NCBI GenBank assembly: GCA_002104905.1
Contig: MCFE01000098.1
Span: 108,587-172,586 of the forward strand
DNA from: Basidiobolus meristosporus CBS 931.73
Lineage: Eukaryota; Fungi; Basidiobolomycota
Length of the DNA stretch: 64,000 nucleotides
Reading direction: 5' to 3'
The notes under the pieces are model-generated. The model was not told the DNA's origin, did not search any database, and saw only the letters and a list, made by a program, of their open reading frames with translations. Below are positions 22,898 through 37,300 of the stretch, piece by piece; position 1 is the first letter of the stretch; each line of letters starts with the position of its first letter. Both the position numbers and the translations under genes were made by a program.

Positions 22898-25220
22898 ATG
22901 GAAGCCAAGAGTACCCTTACTGAAGATGAAAACAATCCTACCAACAATTTGGCCTTCGAGCTACACACGCAATTAAAGTCCCCGGAGTCGAACAGGTCCC
23001 ATTCGACTCTAAACACCCTCCTTCGGACTCCAGAGATATACACAAAGAGACGTCGGAATAGTTTCGATACAGAGAATCAAGCTATCTCCCTACAGACCCC
23101 GACCGAACTCACCAACAAAACGCCAAAAAGAGCCAAATACAATCTCGACTCTGCTCGTAAGGATGGCGAGATGCATTCCCCCGTCGCTCGTCCAATGAGC
23201 TTCGATCTAGCTAGATGGGTCAAGACCTACCGAAAAGCGTTTCCTTCATTTTCTTTTTACTTTGACCATGTGGACGAGGCGCTGCAGAAATCCTTTGCCA
23301 GTAAAATTAGAATCCTGGGCGGGGTATGTCATTTTCAAGGATGCTAGTGGGATGTATGTTTATTAACTCGACTATCTCTATTGTGCCTTTCTGTAGGGAG
23401 TGGAGCCTTTCTTCTCGGCCAAAGTTACCCATCTTATTACCACTAGAGCTATTTCTCCCCCGGATCCAAAGCCTACTACTGTGCCTACGCTGACGAACAC
23501 TCCGCCTCGTCAACTTCATGAACCACCTAAAGCGCAGCCTATCGCCTCCAGTCAGAGCATTTTACCCAATCCAGTAAAAGAGCCTTACAAACCAACGAGA
23601 GCCATGAATGGCCTCGAGCGACAAGGCGATCAATTGAGCCAGGAGGGAGGCAACACAAGGGCTTTGTTGACTTCGTTGACGAACGCAATTACCTCCCCAA
23701 TGTCAATGTTAGTTCTTCAATACGAAATCTTGGATGCTCGATGTTGACAGGATATCATTATTGTAGGATACGGAAGAGCCAGCAACCACCAGTACATACC
23801 CCGGGGAAGGTATGTTCACAATGAGCTTGACAGGAATGTCGAGAGGACTTATCAAATTGGTGTTCTGTAGGTTACCCAACCTATCTTCGGGACTCCCAGT
23901 GCGAAAGCCAACATCATCACCAAGGCTCGGCAGTGGGGGATGAAGGTGTGGAGCGTAGAGAGTATCCTTTTTCTATGAGTGGCTAGAGTTTTTTGCCTTA
24001 TCAAACAACCACCGACTTACTGGGTTTCTATTATCGCCTTAACGCACTCCCTACAGAGCTAACCAATATATTGAAGCATTTGTTAAACACCCCGTTCTCG
24101 ACTCCGATCCAGGCCAACCGAAATCTCGGCGATGTATTACGAGACGAGAAGGTCTACGGATTAAGCACGCACCATGGCGATACGAATGGTGGTGTTTCTG
24201 ACATTCACTCATTTCGACAAGTCTTTCTTTTAGTCGAGGATACTTCCGGAATACATAAGCCTGTTATGGTAGGCGAGTTTATTCTACCAAGTGATGGTCG
24301 GGACCCCCCTTGGCCTAAAATACATCGGAATTCAGAGGGGCGCTGCCCTTTTATTCGGTATGAAGACGTGGCAGTCTCCCCTCCAAACACTCATATGGTT
24401 ACACCGAAACGAGGCATGGGATTCGGAAACAAGATGAATTCCAATGCCTCAGGCCTTGTGAACTCCATAACCTCAGCGTATGCCTCTTCAGCTAGAAAGA
24501 GTCGAGTTATTAATTGTGTGCCGCCCAAGGAAATAGAGAAGTTGGGCAGAAGGGTGTTGACTCCCAGCAAAAGTGTTGAGAGAGGTGGCCAATCAAGTCA
24601 CAAGTTGACCGACTCATCGAAGAAGATCTCATCGGTACGGATGAGTGCTGCCCGCAAGCCTGGATATTGTGAAAACTGCAGGCTGAAGTTTGACGATCTG
24701 GAAGAGGTAAGGAAACGAGGTTTATTCCGTTCATGAACGCATCATTTACGCTTAGATATTGTAGCACGTACACTCTCGCACTCATCGCAAATTCGTATCC
24801 AATTCCGAACATTACGCCGAGCTAGACGCGCTGCTAACAAGTGTTCAACGACTACCCATCAAGACGACTTCTGAGCCTATCAGCAAGTGTCACAAGCATC
24901 GAAGTGCAAACGCTATTGACCTGACTGAGCCTGGCTTCTCACCCAGCAATGGTGCACACATAGCCATCCTTAATCCCGCAGACTGTGGCTCTATAATCGG
25001 AGGGTTTGACGAATCGACATCTGCTACCACAGTCCAGGACAGATGTAGCTATCCCACCTCTCCCGAGTATGGCTGTATTCCAAAATTCAATAGACGTTCT
25101 TCGTTACCATTCAACCTGGTTCATTTGGAGAGTGAGCAGACTCCCACGCGGCAACGGCGCCCCCGCCCAAACATCAATCTCGACATGGTGACCCCTTTCC
25201 CATCGTATTTCAAAAATTAA
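22898..25220 (+). CDS. DBF4: Cdc7 kinase regulatory subunit Dbf4/Dfp1, multi-exon
   Basis: Motif N/BRCT (FYFD..LGG|GVEPFFSAKVTHLITTR..WGMKVWSVE|KL), motif M (LLVEDTSGIHKPVMVGEF) and motif C zinc finger (KPGYCENCRLKFDDLEE|HVHSRTH). Stop TAA at 25218-25220. Confidence 0.9.
23962..24056 (+). other. U12-type (minor spliceosome) GT-AG intron in DBF4
   Basis: Donor GTATCCTTT (23962-23970), branch CCTTAAC (24037-24043), acceptor CAG 13 nt after the branch motif. Splicing yields the conserved WSVE-K-LTNIL. Confidence 0.85.
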
Positions 25221-25599
25221 TCGGAAGAAAGCCGCCCTCATCTGTACATTAGTTTATTGCATTCGTGATTGTATGAAATCAGAAAAGCCATGAAAAAAAG
25301 TAACCCTTCGTTCTGTAACATAGTATTGTACGCCCACCCACCCAAGTCCCACTCTCCCTCTGCACATTTTCTAAGAATAAATACCTAGATGACTCTTTCT
25401 TTTGACTAGCGAAGTTCCAAGAAACAACACCGAGAATGCTTGGCCATAACAAGTGGAGTACTCTTTATATTGGCTTGGGTACAAACGTTCTGCGGAATAA
25501 ACAGATGTAGGGTAAAGATTCGGATGTCGCGGTATTCTCTCGTGCTTCGCAAGATGAGTAGGCTCAATAAGACCGATGAGGGTGAAGGATTGGGGTCTT

Positions 25600-27297
25600 C
25601 TAGTTGATCTGGAAATATGAGGAGTAATGTAAATCCTCGACGCCCACCTCGAAGATGGCTTGCATCCCAAGCATCATATGCGCTGTTACGTGACAATGGA
25701 ACACCCAGACCCCTGGGTTGTCTGCAACGAATCGAAATGCACGCCACCCACAAGGTGTTCCTGGTGGATATCGTAAAGTGGTATCATCCCGCTCAGGGTA
25801 TACTGATATAACATCTCTAAGCAGATGTTGCGATGTATTGCTCACCATGGAAGACAGCTCTTGGGAGGAGTAAAGGCCATTTCCTCCGCCCAGATCGAAG
25901 AATGAATGTCCGTGGAGGTGAAAGGGGTGCTGATCACATCGGCCGGTTGTGGTAGCGGTGTTTTGAATCACCACTTGGATGACTTCGTTCAATTTTACTG
26001 GGATGGTCCTTCGGGTTGTGTCATACCCATCAACTCGCTGGATCATTGGGTAGTTGGGGTATCTGGACCTCCTGCCGTCCAAAAGATCAAGAAGAATAGG
26101 TGACATCGGCTCCTCAAAGGAGATATCGTTCAGGTACATGCGAATCGAACCGTCGTTTAGTTTACGTTGTGAGGTGGTCAAAACAATCTCCCGGTCATAG
26201 TAGTTAGGGAAGCTAGGGTGGTTTAGTTGGCTGGGTAGGATCTCCTTCGGCAGCATCTTGAACCTGTTGTACTCCCACAGCGGGGTTCCCAGTGGGACTT
26301 GGGGCACCTTTGCCGGCGCAGGGCGGGTGTTGGTAGTTGGTGCTGCGGCGCCTTCATAATGCAGAATGGAAAAGCCATTCTCAGGTGTTGATAAGCGGAA
26401 TTTTGCGTTGGCCTTCATCATGTAGTTATCGATGGGCTGGTTCGCCACCACCAGAACAGAGTATCTCTGGCCTGCGTTTATCTCCAGGTGATTTATCTGG
26501 ACCGGCTCAACATAGAATCCATCCACTTCGATTACCGTCATGGTGTGGTGCGGAATAACGAAGGAAAGATATGTTGACAGCATGGCACCAATAATGCGGA
26601 ATCGATAGGTTCGGCCTGGTGTGACGTTGATGACATCATAGCCACAGGAGGCAGTCTTTTGGCAGCGCAGATCTCCCTTGGCACAGCGCCAGTTTTCATA
26701 TGTCTTTCCGTTGGTGAGGATCGCCTGCGGGTCGCCTATCCAGCGAAAGGGCGTGGAGAGTAGACCGGACATAATGTCATGGTCATCTCTATGGTAGAAG
26801 TCGCTTAGCAACACAATCCGCTCCTCATCATATCGGTAAGGTGGCTTATCATCTTTATCTTCAATGACCAATGCACCATAGGCCGACATTCCATGGATGG
26901 ATGTGTGAGCGTGGTAGAAGTAAGTTCCAACCTGGTTTGTCAAATGGATCTCATGCCGATAATTCTTCCCAGGGTCGACAGGCCACTGGGTGACGTAAGG
27001 AACTCCATCGGACTGTGGTGTGCCTGTCTGGAGAATTCCATGGAAATGGATGGCCACCACCTCCGAGGCCATGCTATTGTGAACGTTAATCACTAAGGTA
27101 TCTCCGGTATGAGCGCGTATGGTAGGACCTGGCGAGCCATCATTAATCAGAACCATGTACCGTTCGTAGCAGTCGGGCGCTCGATAATTTTGGCTGATGG
27201 TAAGGTTGTACTCTACCAGATGGGCATGGCCCAGGAACATGCTTGAAGCTACTAGTGCTAGAAAAAACACTTGCCTACAGTGCATATCGAATCGCAT
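25600..27297 (-). CDS. Secreted multicopper oxidase (laccase/ascorbate-oxidase-like, AA1), intronless
   Basis: Copper motifs IHFHG, YFYHAH, HPFHLHGH and WVFHCHVTAHMMLGM (axial Met); N-terminal signal peptide. Confidence 0.92.
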   Translation of the reverse strand: MRFDMHCRQVFFLALVASSMFLGHAHLVEYNLTISQNYRAPDCYERYMVLINDGSPGPTIRAHTGDTLVINVHNSMASEVVAIHFHGILQTGTPQSDGVPYVTQWPVDPGKNYRHEIHLTNQVGTYFYHAHTSIHGMSAYGALVIEDKDDKPPYRYDEERIVLLSDFYHRDDHDIMSGLLSTPFRWIGDPQAILTNGKTYENWRCAKGDLRCQKTASCGYDVINVTPGRTYRFRIIGAMLSTYLSFVIPHHTMTVIEVDGFYVEPVQINHLEINAGQRYSVLVVANQPIDNYMMKANAKFRLSTPENGFSILHYEGAAAPTTNTRPAPAKVPQVPLGTPLWEYNRFKMLPKEILPSQLNHPSFPNYYDREIVLTTSQRKLNDGSIRMYLNDISFEEPMSPILLDLLDGRRSRYPNYPMIQRVDGYDTTRRTIPVKLNEVIQVVIQNTATTTGRCDQHPFHLHGHSFFDLGGGNGLYSSQELSSMVSNTSQHLLRDVISVYPERDDTTLRYPPGTPCGWRAFRFVADNPGVWVFHCHVTAHMMLGMQAIFEVGVEDLHYSSYFQIN

Positions 27298-28383
27298 GAA
27301 GTGATGGTATACAGTTTAAGGAGTAATCACTAGGGGTATTCACAAGGAGTACTGGTATACAGCTCCTAGTATATTCACAAAGGCTATATGGACAAGGCAA
27401 AAACGGGATATCAGCAACATCATCGAGAATCTTGGCAATCTTAAATATCTATCGTTCGAATGGCCAGTTTCCACGAGCATTCCCTGCATGCTGCAAGCAA
27501 TGCCTGTTCTTCGTGACATGTATCGAGTGCACACCATCAAGTCTGGGGTTATAGTAATAACCACTGTATGCTGCTGAAGTTTGAGATGTCATTTGTTGAT
27601 TGCAGACATGGGCTACTTGTGCAGGCTTGATCAAATGACCCGAAGCAACCGATGCAGTGATAGCAATAGCATTTGCTTCATAGGTAGAGATATGAGGTTA
27701 GACGGCCTGGTAGAGATATGAGGACGCTAGATATGCAATAATTCAGAGATTGAAATATGGGGATCTGATGATTACAGAAACAAATTAGATATAAATATAA
27801 TTTGGTCTCGGACAGAGAGAACACTTCGCCAACATAATCTTTTACTGCTTCACTAAGCGTTTTGATCGATTGAAAGGGCCAACTCCCTACATGATTCAGA
27901 AGATCAAGTGACTGCTACAATGGTAAAGAAGCAACAACAACTGCGAATTCTGGAAGTAAATAGATCTACGTATGGAATATTCGTGGACTTTTGTATTGAT
28001 TCCTATTTCAAGCTTCCAATAGCCAGTGATCATAATCAGCCATCGTTGTGACAGACATTGCTGCTTGAGCCAACACAATGAATCATTCAACATTGGTAAC
28101 ATCGATCTCATTGGTGGTTCACCAAGATATAGGGTTGATATGATTTCAACTTGTGGCTACACTTCGGCAATTCCGTTATTAGGCATAAGCCATAATCACT
28201 ACACTATTTCTATTCCGCTCAACGGGGCCCATTGTTCACCTATTTGCCTACGCAGTTTTCGAATCCAGTAAGCAATCACAATTCGTTTTAGTACCTCTCG
28301 GTGACGGTGACGTAGATTGCTGCTACTTTATGCCCCATTTCCGTTAGTGTTGTTAGATCCTTCGCATATGGGCTTTTCTTTCA

Positions 28384-31300
28384 ATGGACACGCATCAACA
28401 ACCAGCCGCAATACTTAATTCACTCCTGGACACAAACAGATCCTCCGAACACTCGTTATCTTTGGAAGATGTCCTTGGCTTGGTAGTCATCATCTCCAAA
28501 TTCCATCTAGATAGCTTATATTTCGAGGACGCGCTGGGCGCAAACCTGACACACAAAACGACTCTCACCGAAGCTACGCCCAGGAGTCTCTACGACTACA
28601 ACCCATTTGACGCTTTTCCAATCAGTAAAGCTCCATTGATTGAACTACGCTGTGAATCTTCGAAAAGCGAAGGAACTTGCTGGAATTTGAAAAAGATATA
28701 CTCCTTAAGTCACCTCGAATCTGAGTGTATTTTGTTTATTTCCCTTGTAGCTATATTTGAATGTATCGACAAGGGAAAAGGATGGAGGCATTACCTTGAA
28801 TCTTGGGAGATATCGAACCAATCCGCCACAGCGAGAAAAGAGTTCTCGTTCCTAATCGAAAGCAAGATTACAATTCAATTTGTTGAACGGCTTTTAAATA
28901 TTATTACTGGATTTCACCATGCCAGTAGTAGAAACGATCTCAAGCCTGAGCAATACCAACTCCAAAGCATTGGGGTTCATATTCTTGGTAGCTTAATATG
29001 GGAGCGAATTATTAATACTTCGCAGGCACAAGAGGTCTCTTTGTTCAAGTCCTTGGTCAGATTAATCGGATGGCCGCATTGCTTGTTACGCGATCAAACC
29101 GAGGATAGCTCAAGTATTCTAGAACACCCACCTGAGTGCACATTACTTTGTTCAGAGTTTCATATACAGACGTTAGCATGGCGAGTAATTCAACTGGTGG
29201 ATATTACAGGCTACTCTGATCAGCGCGTGCCTGATAGAGAACTCTTGTTGCAAAGCATCTCACATCTCTTCTTGTGGACAGCAAACTATGCTCCGTATTT
29301 CTCTAAAGAGCATTCCGGTTACGACTATCATCAGACCAAGCTTTTTTCAGGCCATCACGTTCCTGCTGATGACAATAGCGACTTTACTTCGGCAGTTTTC
29401 GCCACAACCTTTCAAGAGAATGATTACATTATGTGCCGGGACAAGTTGTCAGAGTATAAAGCGAGCATTGCAAAGCAACCCCCGCCTTCGATTGTAAGAG
29501 ATATTCGCACAGTAGAGCTTGATATACTCTTTGATATTGCTTTTATGTCTTGTCTAGGATCTGAATTCAATCCGAAATTCAAGACAGACAACGGGAAAAA
29601 GCCTCCCTTGCTACAACCAAACAGTCCGCTCTTGAATCTTCTGGAATTGACGTCACGGTTCTCTAATTTGGAGATGTCCCATGCAGCAAGCTTGCCGTTA
29701 GAATGGGAAGAACTCTTTCGCGTATTAAATCGTATACTAATTTACGATGATCCTGAAAGCACGAGCTCCAGCACAAACAACCGACTTAGTCGACAAGTAC
29801 GCCAGAGGCTGCAGATGAAGACTGATAACAAGCCTGTCATGCCTCGAATTCAGTATTACATTCTGCAAGTCTTGACTCGTATTATCAATCTCACAGGGGA
29901 AGAAGACGAAGTGTTCCGAAGGCGATTCTGGTGCATGCGACTGCTCTGCGAGGCTCGTTTCTGGGATGTAATCTTTTCTGGATTGTTCTTTGCGTGGGGA
30001 GAGGGCATAGAACACGGCTACATCGAAGGAGTGCCTTTCAAGAAAATACGCACTTTCTTGAACACAGCTGTGCTGGAATTTATCGTTTACACCAGTACTC
30101 TGAATGCTTTCAGCAATCATAACCAGTGCTCTCAGCTTCTTGCTATCCTTCATACAAGCCGTCAGAGGAATGCCCAAGTTATCATTGATGTACTCAAAGC
30201 TCTCGCCACGATTATCTTCCTGAAGCAAGATGCTACTCGAGAGTCTTTGAAGCAGCTTCATTGTTTATCCGAGTTTATTCCTTTGCTGCACGAAGCCAAC
30301 GAGGACCAGCAAGGAATGTCTTTCATTGAAATCGCTGACAGCAATTCTTCTGAACAGGATCATGGTCAGACTCTGTGGCTACTGTTAAGTATTCTGAATT
30401 CTTTGGTCATAGGTGACCGCGAGTTCACAACTCTGTTCTATAAAGAGCCTCACTGTCTGGAACTTGTTGAGCAGCTATTGTGGAGTGATAACCAAATCGT
30501 TTCCAACTTTGCTGTAACCCATCTAGCAAATATGCTTGCTGTCGCTCCGGTGGAGCCTACCGAATATGCTTCAGAGATCGTCAGGGAATATTTTCGATTG
30601 TTTCCTGAGGAGATATCTGCCATCTCCACATTCGACGTTCAAATCAACCTCCTTCAAGGGTTAAGATCTGCCTTCCATTTGTATTCAGATACCAACTGTA
30701 GTTATCGATGCGAGCGCAAAATGCTGCAGAGAATTTTCCTGCAGGAGAGCTGCCTTGAGTTTATATTGGATGTGTTGGATATGCCGTTGGAGCTACCGCT
30801 GATGAATACCACCAAGCTCGTGGGTTATCGCAGTACTTTGTGTCTGGAGGTCATCCGAACTCTTACTGCAGTTATATGCGACTACGACGAAGCGAAAAAT
30901 CTACTTAAGCGGATGAATGGCTATCACAAAATCACAAGACATCTTATTGGGTTGGATGCAAAGCTTACCCTCGAGCTTTTCGATGGCCTCTTTGGTATGC
31001 TTGTGGACCTAGAAACGTGGTCACCCGAGAAAGCATTCAACATAGAAAACAAAGAGGTCATACCTCTACTTATTGGTGTCCATCCGATTATGGACCTACC
31101 TATGCAGCTGATGATGCTTAATCGATTTATCGAACTGATAGATTATAACGACCTCAACAAATGGGTTCTTTGCCAATCATCAGTTCTTTCCAAGCTTCTC
31201 AAGAACGGCAGCTCGATGAACTCTGTGGACTATGTAGCCAAGCTAGTGTACATGTTGGAATCCATCTCGTCGTACTCCATAAACATCTCGAATATCAAGT

Positions 31301-34300
31301 TCATACTGAATACGCTGTGCTATGAAAATCTAGAAGCCTCGGAAGAATGCAAGCTTAACCGAGATGTTTTACGATCCCACCACGGCCCATTGCTAAGGAT
31401 GATACTCTCACTCGCTCAAAAGGACACCAATCTTGATTTCTTTCTATTTAAGGGAGTTGCTTCTGGAATCATCATTCCCGAGATACCCAGAATCCACTCC
31501 GGAGGGTATACGTTTTTCACATGGATATGCATGCAGCCGGCTTTACGAATAGGCTCCAGCTCTGAGCCTTACCGTGGATATCACGATGGAAGCGAAAAAT
31601 ACTGTCCCAGAATCTATTCCTGTGTATCTTCCAAGGGGAACGGGGTGGATGTGTTCTTCAATGGAAACACCCTGGAGTTGCATGTGACAAAAGCAAATCA
31701 GAGGAAAAAGGTGGCAGTAGCAACGCCAAAGTTCCTTCATAACCGATGGTATTTTATCGCTGTAAGCCATTTTCCTATTCGGAAACGCCTAAGCAACCCT
31801 TCTGAGGTGAACATATATGTAGATGGGCTTCTCGGCTGCAAGACGCAGATTGATTTTTCTCTACCTGGAGCAGAGACTGTGAAATGCGTTGTTGGTGGAT
31901 CCATCAATCCAACACCAGTAGAATGCGCACAGGAGTGTGGGAATCTTCAGGGCGCATTTACTCAATGCTTTAGAGGCAAAATGTCGGCTGTATACATAGT
32001 TGAGGAGCCCTTGACACTCTCACAAGTCAAAGATATATATTCTCTTGGCCGGAATCTATCCACTCAATTCAGACCAGAAGAGCATGGCGAGTATCCCAAA
32101 GCGCCATCCTCCCTTTTTGACGGATACCTAGCCTCCCGTATTCTTGTGAATTTGCATCCTCGAGCATCCAAGCATCATGATTGCATCAACTTGGCCCCTC
32201 GCCTGGCGCAAAGCACGACACAGCAAGCAATTAGCTTGGTTAATGTGGAGAAATGCTCTACATTAAGCCTTCAAAATGCTATACACGCTCTAGGTGGGAT
32301 TGAGATCTTTTTCCCATTGATATTGCGATGTGACGTTTTGGATGCCTCCACTTATTCCGCTCCGTTCGGTTCTCAAGATGAGTTTTTTGTTAGGAACGGG
32401 CCTATTGACTCGTTCTTTGCATTGATAGCATCGCTGCTGCGTAACAACAAGAGAAATCAGGAATCCATCCTGCAGGCCAAAGGAATCAAAACCATCAGCT
32501 TGCTTTTGCAGCAGATTAACCCTCGGCACTTAACTATCTCGTCCTTTCAGAGTATGATTGCACTAATCAATTCTGTCCAGTGCAATGATGAGCTGATCGA
32601 CCGAGTGTACAAATATTTGTTGTTCGAGTTCCGACTTTGGATCTACACTCCTTACGAAACCCAGTCTTACATTCTCGAGTATTTGCTTAGTTTCGTAATG
32701 TCCCACACGAAGATGTGCCGGGAGGAGCTGGGTGTCAATTTCTTTTTAGACACACTCAAGATCTACTACTGGTATTCTCCCGGCGAATATTCGTGTCCAT
32801 CGAAGCATCCATACTCAACAGAGGTCCGGCCTACTACGGAAAAGGTTGCTGAGCTACGAAAACGCTTCTTTAAAATTATCGAGTACATTGTCAGGGACAA
32901 CATTACAATGGATGAATTTCTTGGCCTTGTCAAGAGTATGCTGACCAGCGATGATCCGCAGCATGTTCAAGAATTGCTCCAACTAATACTAAATATGCTG
33001 AACGGCCCTCTTGAATACAGCATCGTAGACTATTTGATCTCCTACGGAGGATACGAAATCCTGACTGAGCTTCTTAAGCACGAGGATGTTAGTATCAAGA
33101 TCCACTCGTTGAACATCGTGAACTGTCTGATCAGATCTCCCGAGATTCCTGAAAGGTGGACACGAAGACTTAAATTTGAAGACACGCACTTCACCATCCT
33201 CGGAAGCCTGTTCAGTGATGCGCCTATCGATGAGGATTTATACGAGGCCCTACTTGAGTTTTGCGTCGAGTCTGCTGAGCAGAGGCGTTCTTCTTCAAAT
33301 TCTATTCATCATTTCAAGCCACAAAACCCTCGCGTATTCGCCTGTATCATCATGATGTTGAGCCACGAAGAAACGGAGAATCCGTTGAAAGTTTCGATCC
33401 TACGTGATTTACTATTACTTGCAGAGTCCTCTCCTAAATTCTGTGTTGATTTTGACAAGACCTGCTTAGGTTGGACTACTCTGCTGACGAAGCTTGTGCC
33501 ATTTGATTCATGCTGCAAATCGAAAAAGTTGGATTACGATGTGGCCACAAGCATAGGAGCTCTGGCCATCGATCTTCTGATTCGTATCACCTGGCATCTG
33601 TTTGACAGTAATCGATCTGCGTACAAGGTTGTCAAAGACACGGTTATATATCTGTGGACCTCCAACCGAAGCGACCATGTGGATGTGATCCGCAGCCTTT
33701 TATACAAATTCTTAGTACTAGTCAGTGGTGACGTTCAAGGTGAAATGCCGAAAATATCGCCAACTAAGATGGTAAGCCAGTTGCTCGCTGTGAAACCGAT
33801 ATCAGAGTCTCTTAACGCCATTTGTAAAGGGGAACATCATCTCTCTTCTCTGCTTTATAGAAGACTACTTGTTCAATTTCATCAACCTCGACGATGTCAT
33901 CCCCAAACAGAATCCTCTCTATGGTTGGACAACACCGAATTCATCGGTGACTACGTTGGCCGGTAATATGAATTGCTCCCCGACTTTTTTAGATGTGGTT
34001 ATTGAAGCGTTCATCTATAGCCAGCGGATCGGACTCTGCTTTTGTCCCTACAGAACTCCCGCAACTACTGATGCTCAGAGCCACTATGAACCCTTGGGAA
34101 GAGTGCTACGATCTGGCTGACATATACTGCCAGGTAATCGTATACTTTGATACTATAACACATCCCAGGGCGAATCCACGAGACTATTCCAGCATGGTAT
34201 GTGTAGACAACACTGAGATGGAATGGATCAGCAGCATTAATCCAGCACCTTATTCAGAAACCTGGTGGACTTTGCATCATGGCCCTGAGAATACTACTCT

Positions 34301-37300
34301 ATTCGTTCTACATGAACGAAGGGCCATTAGACCTGGAGAATAGATGTCGGATGCTAATTAGCCATCTGAAGAGACACCTAACTCCCTCACGCTCAAGCTT
34401 TACTCCTATATTTCAAGCGACCAGTAGCGAATATTGTCCAGAGAGCCAAAACCTCAAACCTTATGTTCTCCCGATAATCGGTGCTATTCACGAAGCTTTC
34501 AAGTAATGATATTTGTGTCTTAGATATTGCTATTGCGATGATGCTAATCGTATGTCTCTCTAGCAAATTGGACTCCATTGAGAACCCCACGGGATACCAG
34601 GCGTTTCTCGACCTGTACTCCTTTGTTTTCAACAAGTATCGGGAAATCCTGAGAAGCGTAGACAAAAAGACGTTTGGAGCTTATCTGGATTCAAGCTGGC
34701 CCGACATTGACACAGATATCCGGGTCTTCGAAAAATTCATTTCCTCTACCAAATGGGGTGCCTTTTTTGATCAGCACCTATTCCCTGCAGTCAAGAGTAC
34801 GGAAGAGCAACAGCTTGAGTGGTTCACCAAGAGCGCAACACTATTTTCGAAAGAGGTCAGGTCCTTCCTCCACCGGCTACGGAAGGAAGACATCAGCCAG
34901 ATACAGAACGAACAAGCCTTTGAACAATCGGTGGAAGAAGTCATCAAGAGCTATCGCGACGAGGAGATGAACCGATTGAATGCACTAGTAGTTGAAAGAA
35001 AACAACTTCAAAGTCGACTGATGTGGCAGTGGCTAGTCAAGCTTCAGGAGTTGACACATGAACGAGAAGCCTGGTTTGAGACGGCAGGAAGTCAAACACA
35101 CTGGAAGCTGGATAAAATAGAAAACTACTCTCGAATGAGGAAGAAACTTACTATTAACTATGAATTTAATGACCACAAGGATGCGAGTGCCAAACGAGAT
35201 AAATCTCCCCTGGAGAACTCCAACTCCAAAAACAAGCGATTTAGCCTCACTAAAGCGCGATCCAGTGTACCCGACCTTGGCGTGGATGAATCTCTCCTCA
35301 AATTGCTATTTAGCACCGACCAACAATCGCAGGAGGAAGCTGACGATGAGGAATGGAATATGATCGATGAGGACCTTCAAGTCACCACAGACGACCAACC
35401 TGAAAGGAATGTGTGCTCTGTGGAATGCGAAATGATAACCCTAATGACGACTATCAAAGGGAATCTTGAGCTCAATGCTAGCCATATACGATTCATCGTA
35501 GACCGTACATTCATGTTAGAACAGGTCGCAAATCCTCAGACCGCACACGTTCTTGATAGCGACATATGGCGAGATCGCTTATGGCCATTGGCAGACCTCC
35601 GCGAGATTTACTTTCGCAAGTATATGCTACGTAAAACGGCGTTAGAGTTATTCATGACGGATCAAACCAATTACTTCTTCAACTTTCCTGTTGCTAAGGA
35701 GCGGCTCCGCTTCTACACCTGCATCATGTCACTGAAGCCGCCTGCGCTGATCAATTCCTATGTTCGCTCTCCATCACACATGTTGAAGAATAGCAATTTA
35801 ACCGAAAGATGGCAACGACATGAAATCTCGAACTTTGACTATTTGATGCAGCTTAACAGCATTGCGGGCAGAACATACAACGACCTTACCCAGTACTTTG
35901 TTTTCCCGTGGATTCTTGTTGATTACGAATCGGAGAAGCTCGATCTCTCGGACCCAAATGTATACAGGGATCTGTCCAAGCCCGTAGGAGCCTTGAACGA
36001 AACTCGGTTGCAGCAGTTTGTCGAGCGGTACAACTACTTTGATGATCCGTGTATCCCAAAGTTTCATTACGGCACGCATTACTCGAGTGCTGCATCTGTG
36101 GCCTTTTACCTGATCCGCCTAGAGCCTTTCACTTCCATCCACCTTGCGCTACAAGGCGGGAAATTCGACCATGCTGACCGTCAGTTCCATTCAATTCCGG
36201 AGTGCTGGTTCAATTGCACCAACGCCAGTGGCGACGTCAAGGAATTGATCCCAGAGTTTTTCTACATGCCAGAGTTTCTGACAAACGCCAACCGCTTTGA
36301 TCTAGGTGTCAAGCAGACGGGGGCTCGCGTTGACGACGTGGTGCTGCCAGGGTGGGCCAAGTCTCCAGAGGAATTCATTCGTATTCACAGGGAAGCATTG
36401 GAATCCGACTATGTTTCCGAGAATCTTCACAAGTGGATTGGTAAGTACCCCATGCAGTAGGCCTTTCTTTTGGTACGGTTCTCATTGTTTCCTCCCATCA
36501 GATTTGATATTCGGGTACAAGCAGCGAGGGGAACAGGCAGCGAAAGCGCACAACTTGTTTTACTACCTGACCTATGAAGGCGCTGTAAACCTTGACAATG
36601 TGCAAGATCCGATGGAACGCAACGCCATCGAATCTCAGATCTATCATTTTGGCCAAACACCGACCCAACTCTTTGTCCGCGAGCACCCTCGACGTTGCTC
36701 TCGCGTCCCTCGCTATGTTCCCAGGAATCTTTTCACATCCCCCAACAGATACAAGAAGTACATGGTCAACCTGCGGTCCAAAAGAATTTCTTACATCGGC
36801 ATCTGCGACCTCCGCGCATCGTTCTCGCTGGACCGTCAGCATCAGGTAGTCTCGATCGACCAGAGCGGAATCATCAGTGCCCACGTTTACAAAGAGACCA
36901 CCTCTACGGATATGGCCTTTTCCCTGGAAATCGACCCGATGCTAGAGTCCGGACGACGCATCTCCTCTCCCTTTTGCTTTGAGGCCAATATCACACCACG
37001 CTGCTTTGGGTGCAGCAACGATGGCCAGTATATTTTTAGCGGTGGCCATTGGGACAACACCTTCAAAGTGGTGCTGGTGGAAACCGGTAGAGTGTTACGA
37101 AGTGTCACCGGCCACGATGACATTGTTACTTGTCTTACGCTTAGCGAGGACGGAAAAACTCTGGTTACAGGCTCTAGAAGCACCACCCTGCTTTCCTGGA
37201 ATATTGAATTTGATTCCGGCGGCTCCCTGATAAAGGATGTTGCTCCGAAATTGACTTATTATGGGCACAACAATGAGGCATGTCGCACATCACTTTCGCA

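Noticed and set aside
33740-33860. Possible third micro-exon in the BEACH gene: donor at 33772 is phase 0 but acceptor at 33860 needs phase 1
   Set aside because: An alternative donor (CAAG|GTGAAA at 33740) resolves the frame; cannot be decided without cDNA.
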